From: a bacterium
GTDB lineage: Bacteria > Vulcanimicrobiota > Vulcanimicrobiia > Vulcanimicrobiales > SCRA01
Direction: 5' to 3'
Length of the DNA: 64,000 nt
Assembly: GCA_004298675.1 (NCBI GenBank)
Contig: SCRI01000080.1
Coordinates: 6,961-70,960 of the forward strand
Below, piece by piece: positions 63,067 through 64,000 of this stretch. The notes beneath the pieces were generated by a model. It was given only the letters and a program-made list of their open reading frames with translations. It ran no database searches and was not told where the DNA came from. A program made the position numbers and the translations under genes. The stretch's first letter is position 1. Each line of letters starts with the position of its first letter.

Positions 63067-63240
63067 CCTTGTGCCCGCGAAGGCAGCGGCTTCCCTGGCA
63101 GGAGCCTCCTTCCGTACCGCCCATCGAACGCCTCTAGCGCATCCACGAGGCGGCGCAGAGAGTCTGTGGGGGAGGCCGGAGGACCGGCGCCTGGCCCCGC
63201 GAAGGGGGTCCGGCCCGAACCCCAGACAAGGAGTACCACC

Positions 63241-63792
63241 GTGATCGCCCAGCGCATGCCGACGGAGACGAATGACGCCGTCAACCTGATCGTCTCGTTG
63301 CTCGTGCGCTATCCGGAGATCACGAGCGTGCGCTCCAATCCCGCCGACGAGACCATTCGCCTCACCTTCGCCTTCACGACGGCATTCACCGCGCCGCAGG
63401 CACGCCGGATCGCCGCCGAGATCGTGGAGTACCTCGAGGCCTACCACGACGTCTCGCGTTTGGCTCCCGCCGTTCTCGGCGCGCACTGCGAGGTGGATCA
63501 AGGGGCGAGTTTCCTGCACGTGGATCGCGATCTCAAGACCATCGCGAAGGACGAGATCTCGATGATCGTCACGCTGCTGACGGAGCGTTTCGGCTCTGCG
63601 CTGGTGACCAATCCGGTGCCGGAGGAGTCGAGTGACGACGAGGTCTCCGAGCAGGAAGAGATGGTCAACGTCGCCATCGACTCGCTGCGCGATGGCGGCA
63701 GCCAAAAGAGCCTGGTGGGGTTCCGTGAAGAGCGCCGCGTGCTGATTTACTTCACGAAGGCCGCCAAGAAGAAGAAGACGGCCAAGAAGTAG
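63241..63792 (+). CDS. hypothetical protein with a Lys-rich C-terminal tail
   Basis: GTG at 63241 with AAGGAG 7 nt upstream, 183 aa. It has an acidic stretch (EESSDDEVSEQEE) and ends KAAKKKKTAKK. No family recognised. Confidence 0.6.
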   Translation: MIAQRMPTETNDAVNLIVSLLVRYPEITSVRSNPADETIRLTFAFTTAFTAPQARRIAAEIVEYLEAYHDVSRLAPAVLGAHCEVDQGASFLHVDRDLKTIAKDEISMIVTLLTERFGSALVTNPVPEESSDDEVSEQEEMVNVAIDSLRDGGSQKSLVGFREERRVLIYFTKAAKKKKTAKK

Positions 63793-63864
63793 GACACCAG
63801 CGGGCGCTAGGCCGAAGGTCTCCATCGTACGTCCGCGCACGGCGTATTTAGGAAGAAGGACCCC

Positions 63865-64000
63865 ATCCGTTCGTTCAATCTTCTGCTCGTCGGCGACGTC
63901 GTCGGCTCCCCCGGGCGTGAGGCCGTCAAGCGTTGCCTCCCCGAGTTGCGCGAACGCTTCGAGATTCACGTTTGCATCGCCAACGGCGAAAATATCGCCG
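63865..64000 (+). CDS. YmdB-like metallophosphoesterase (TIGR00282 type), 5' part; runs off the window end; start codon non-canonical or uncertain
   Basis: My translation is (I)RSFNLLLVGDVVGSPGREAVKRCLPELRERFEIHVCIANGENIA, which matches the YmdB N-terminus (ILFIGDIVG.PGR...NGEN). The frame opens at 63811. No ATG/GTG/TTG occurs before the GD motif. ATC at 63865 follows AGGAAGAAGGA. Confidence 0.65.
   Translation, partial: MRSFNLLLVGDVVGSPGREAVKRCLPELRERFEIHVCIANGENIA

Overview
High-GC bacterial chromosomal window. I saw no rRNA, CRISPR array, transposase or integrase. About 75 genes are densely packed, and many are joined by 1-nt or 4-nt stop/start overlaps. From left to right the window holds: (1) a thiol/metal-redox neighbourhood (redoxin fragment, membrane protein with a MerT-like CC motif, HAD dehalogenase, Met/His-rich periplasmic protein, thioredoxin-fold::Crp regulator, flavoprotein disulfide reductase); (2) a four-gene NHEJ module (stand-alone LigD ligase, phosphoesterase and polymerase domains plus Ku); (3) tartrate dehydrogenase, an MFS transporter and an RND efflux pair; (4) a structured RNA, a small ORF and an outer-membrane-barrel candidate; (5) a nitrilase beside a Liv-type ABC importer; (6) purF, initiator tRNA, add, a DtxR-family regulator, rhomboid, DinG and satP/acs; (7) a Firmicute-like block hrcA-dnaJ-prmA-rsmE ... 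accD-accA-divIC-like-yabR-like; (8) ETF, znuACB-zur and an ECF sigma/anti-sigma/RseB-like set. Four things stand out. First, an in-frame TGA sits exactly at the first Cys of the CxxxxC redox centre of the disulfide reductase and is followed by a hairpin, which makes it a candidate selenoprotein. Second, a 74-nt tRNA has anticodon UAA and a Leu-type D-arm but only a 5-nt variable loop. Third, a roughly 200-nt structured RNA ends in a strong intrinsic terminator. Fourth, two conserved genes (rhomboid, YmdB-like) have no canonical start codon upstream of essential N-terminal motifs. All functional calls come from reading motifs by eye in the supplied translations or my own. No database search or folding program was available, and family comparisons are from memory.
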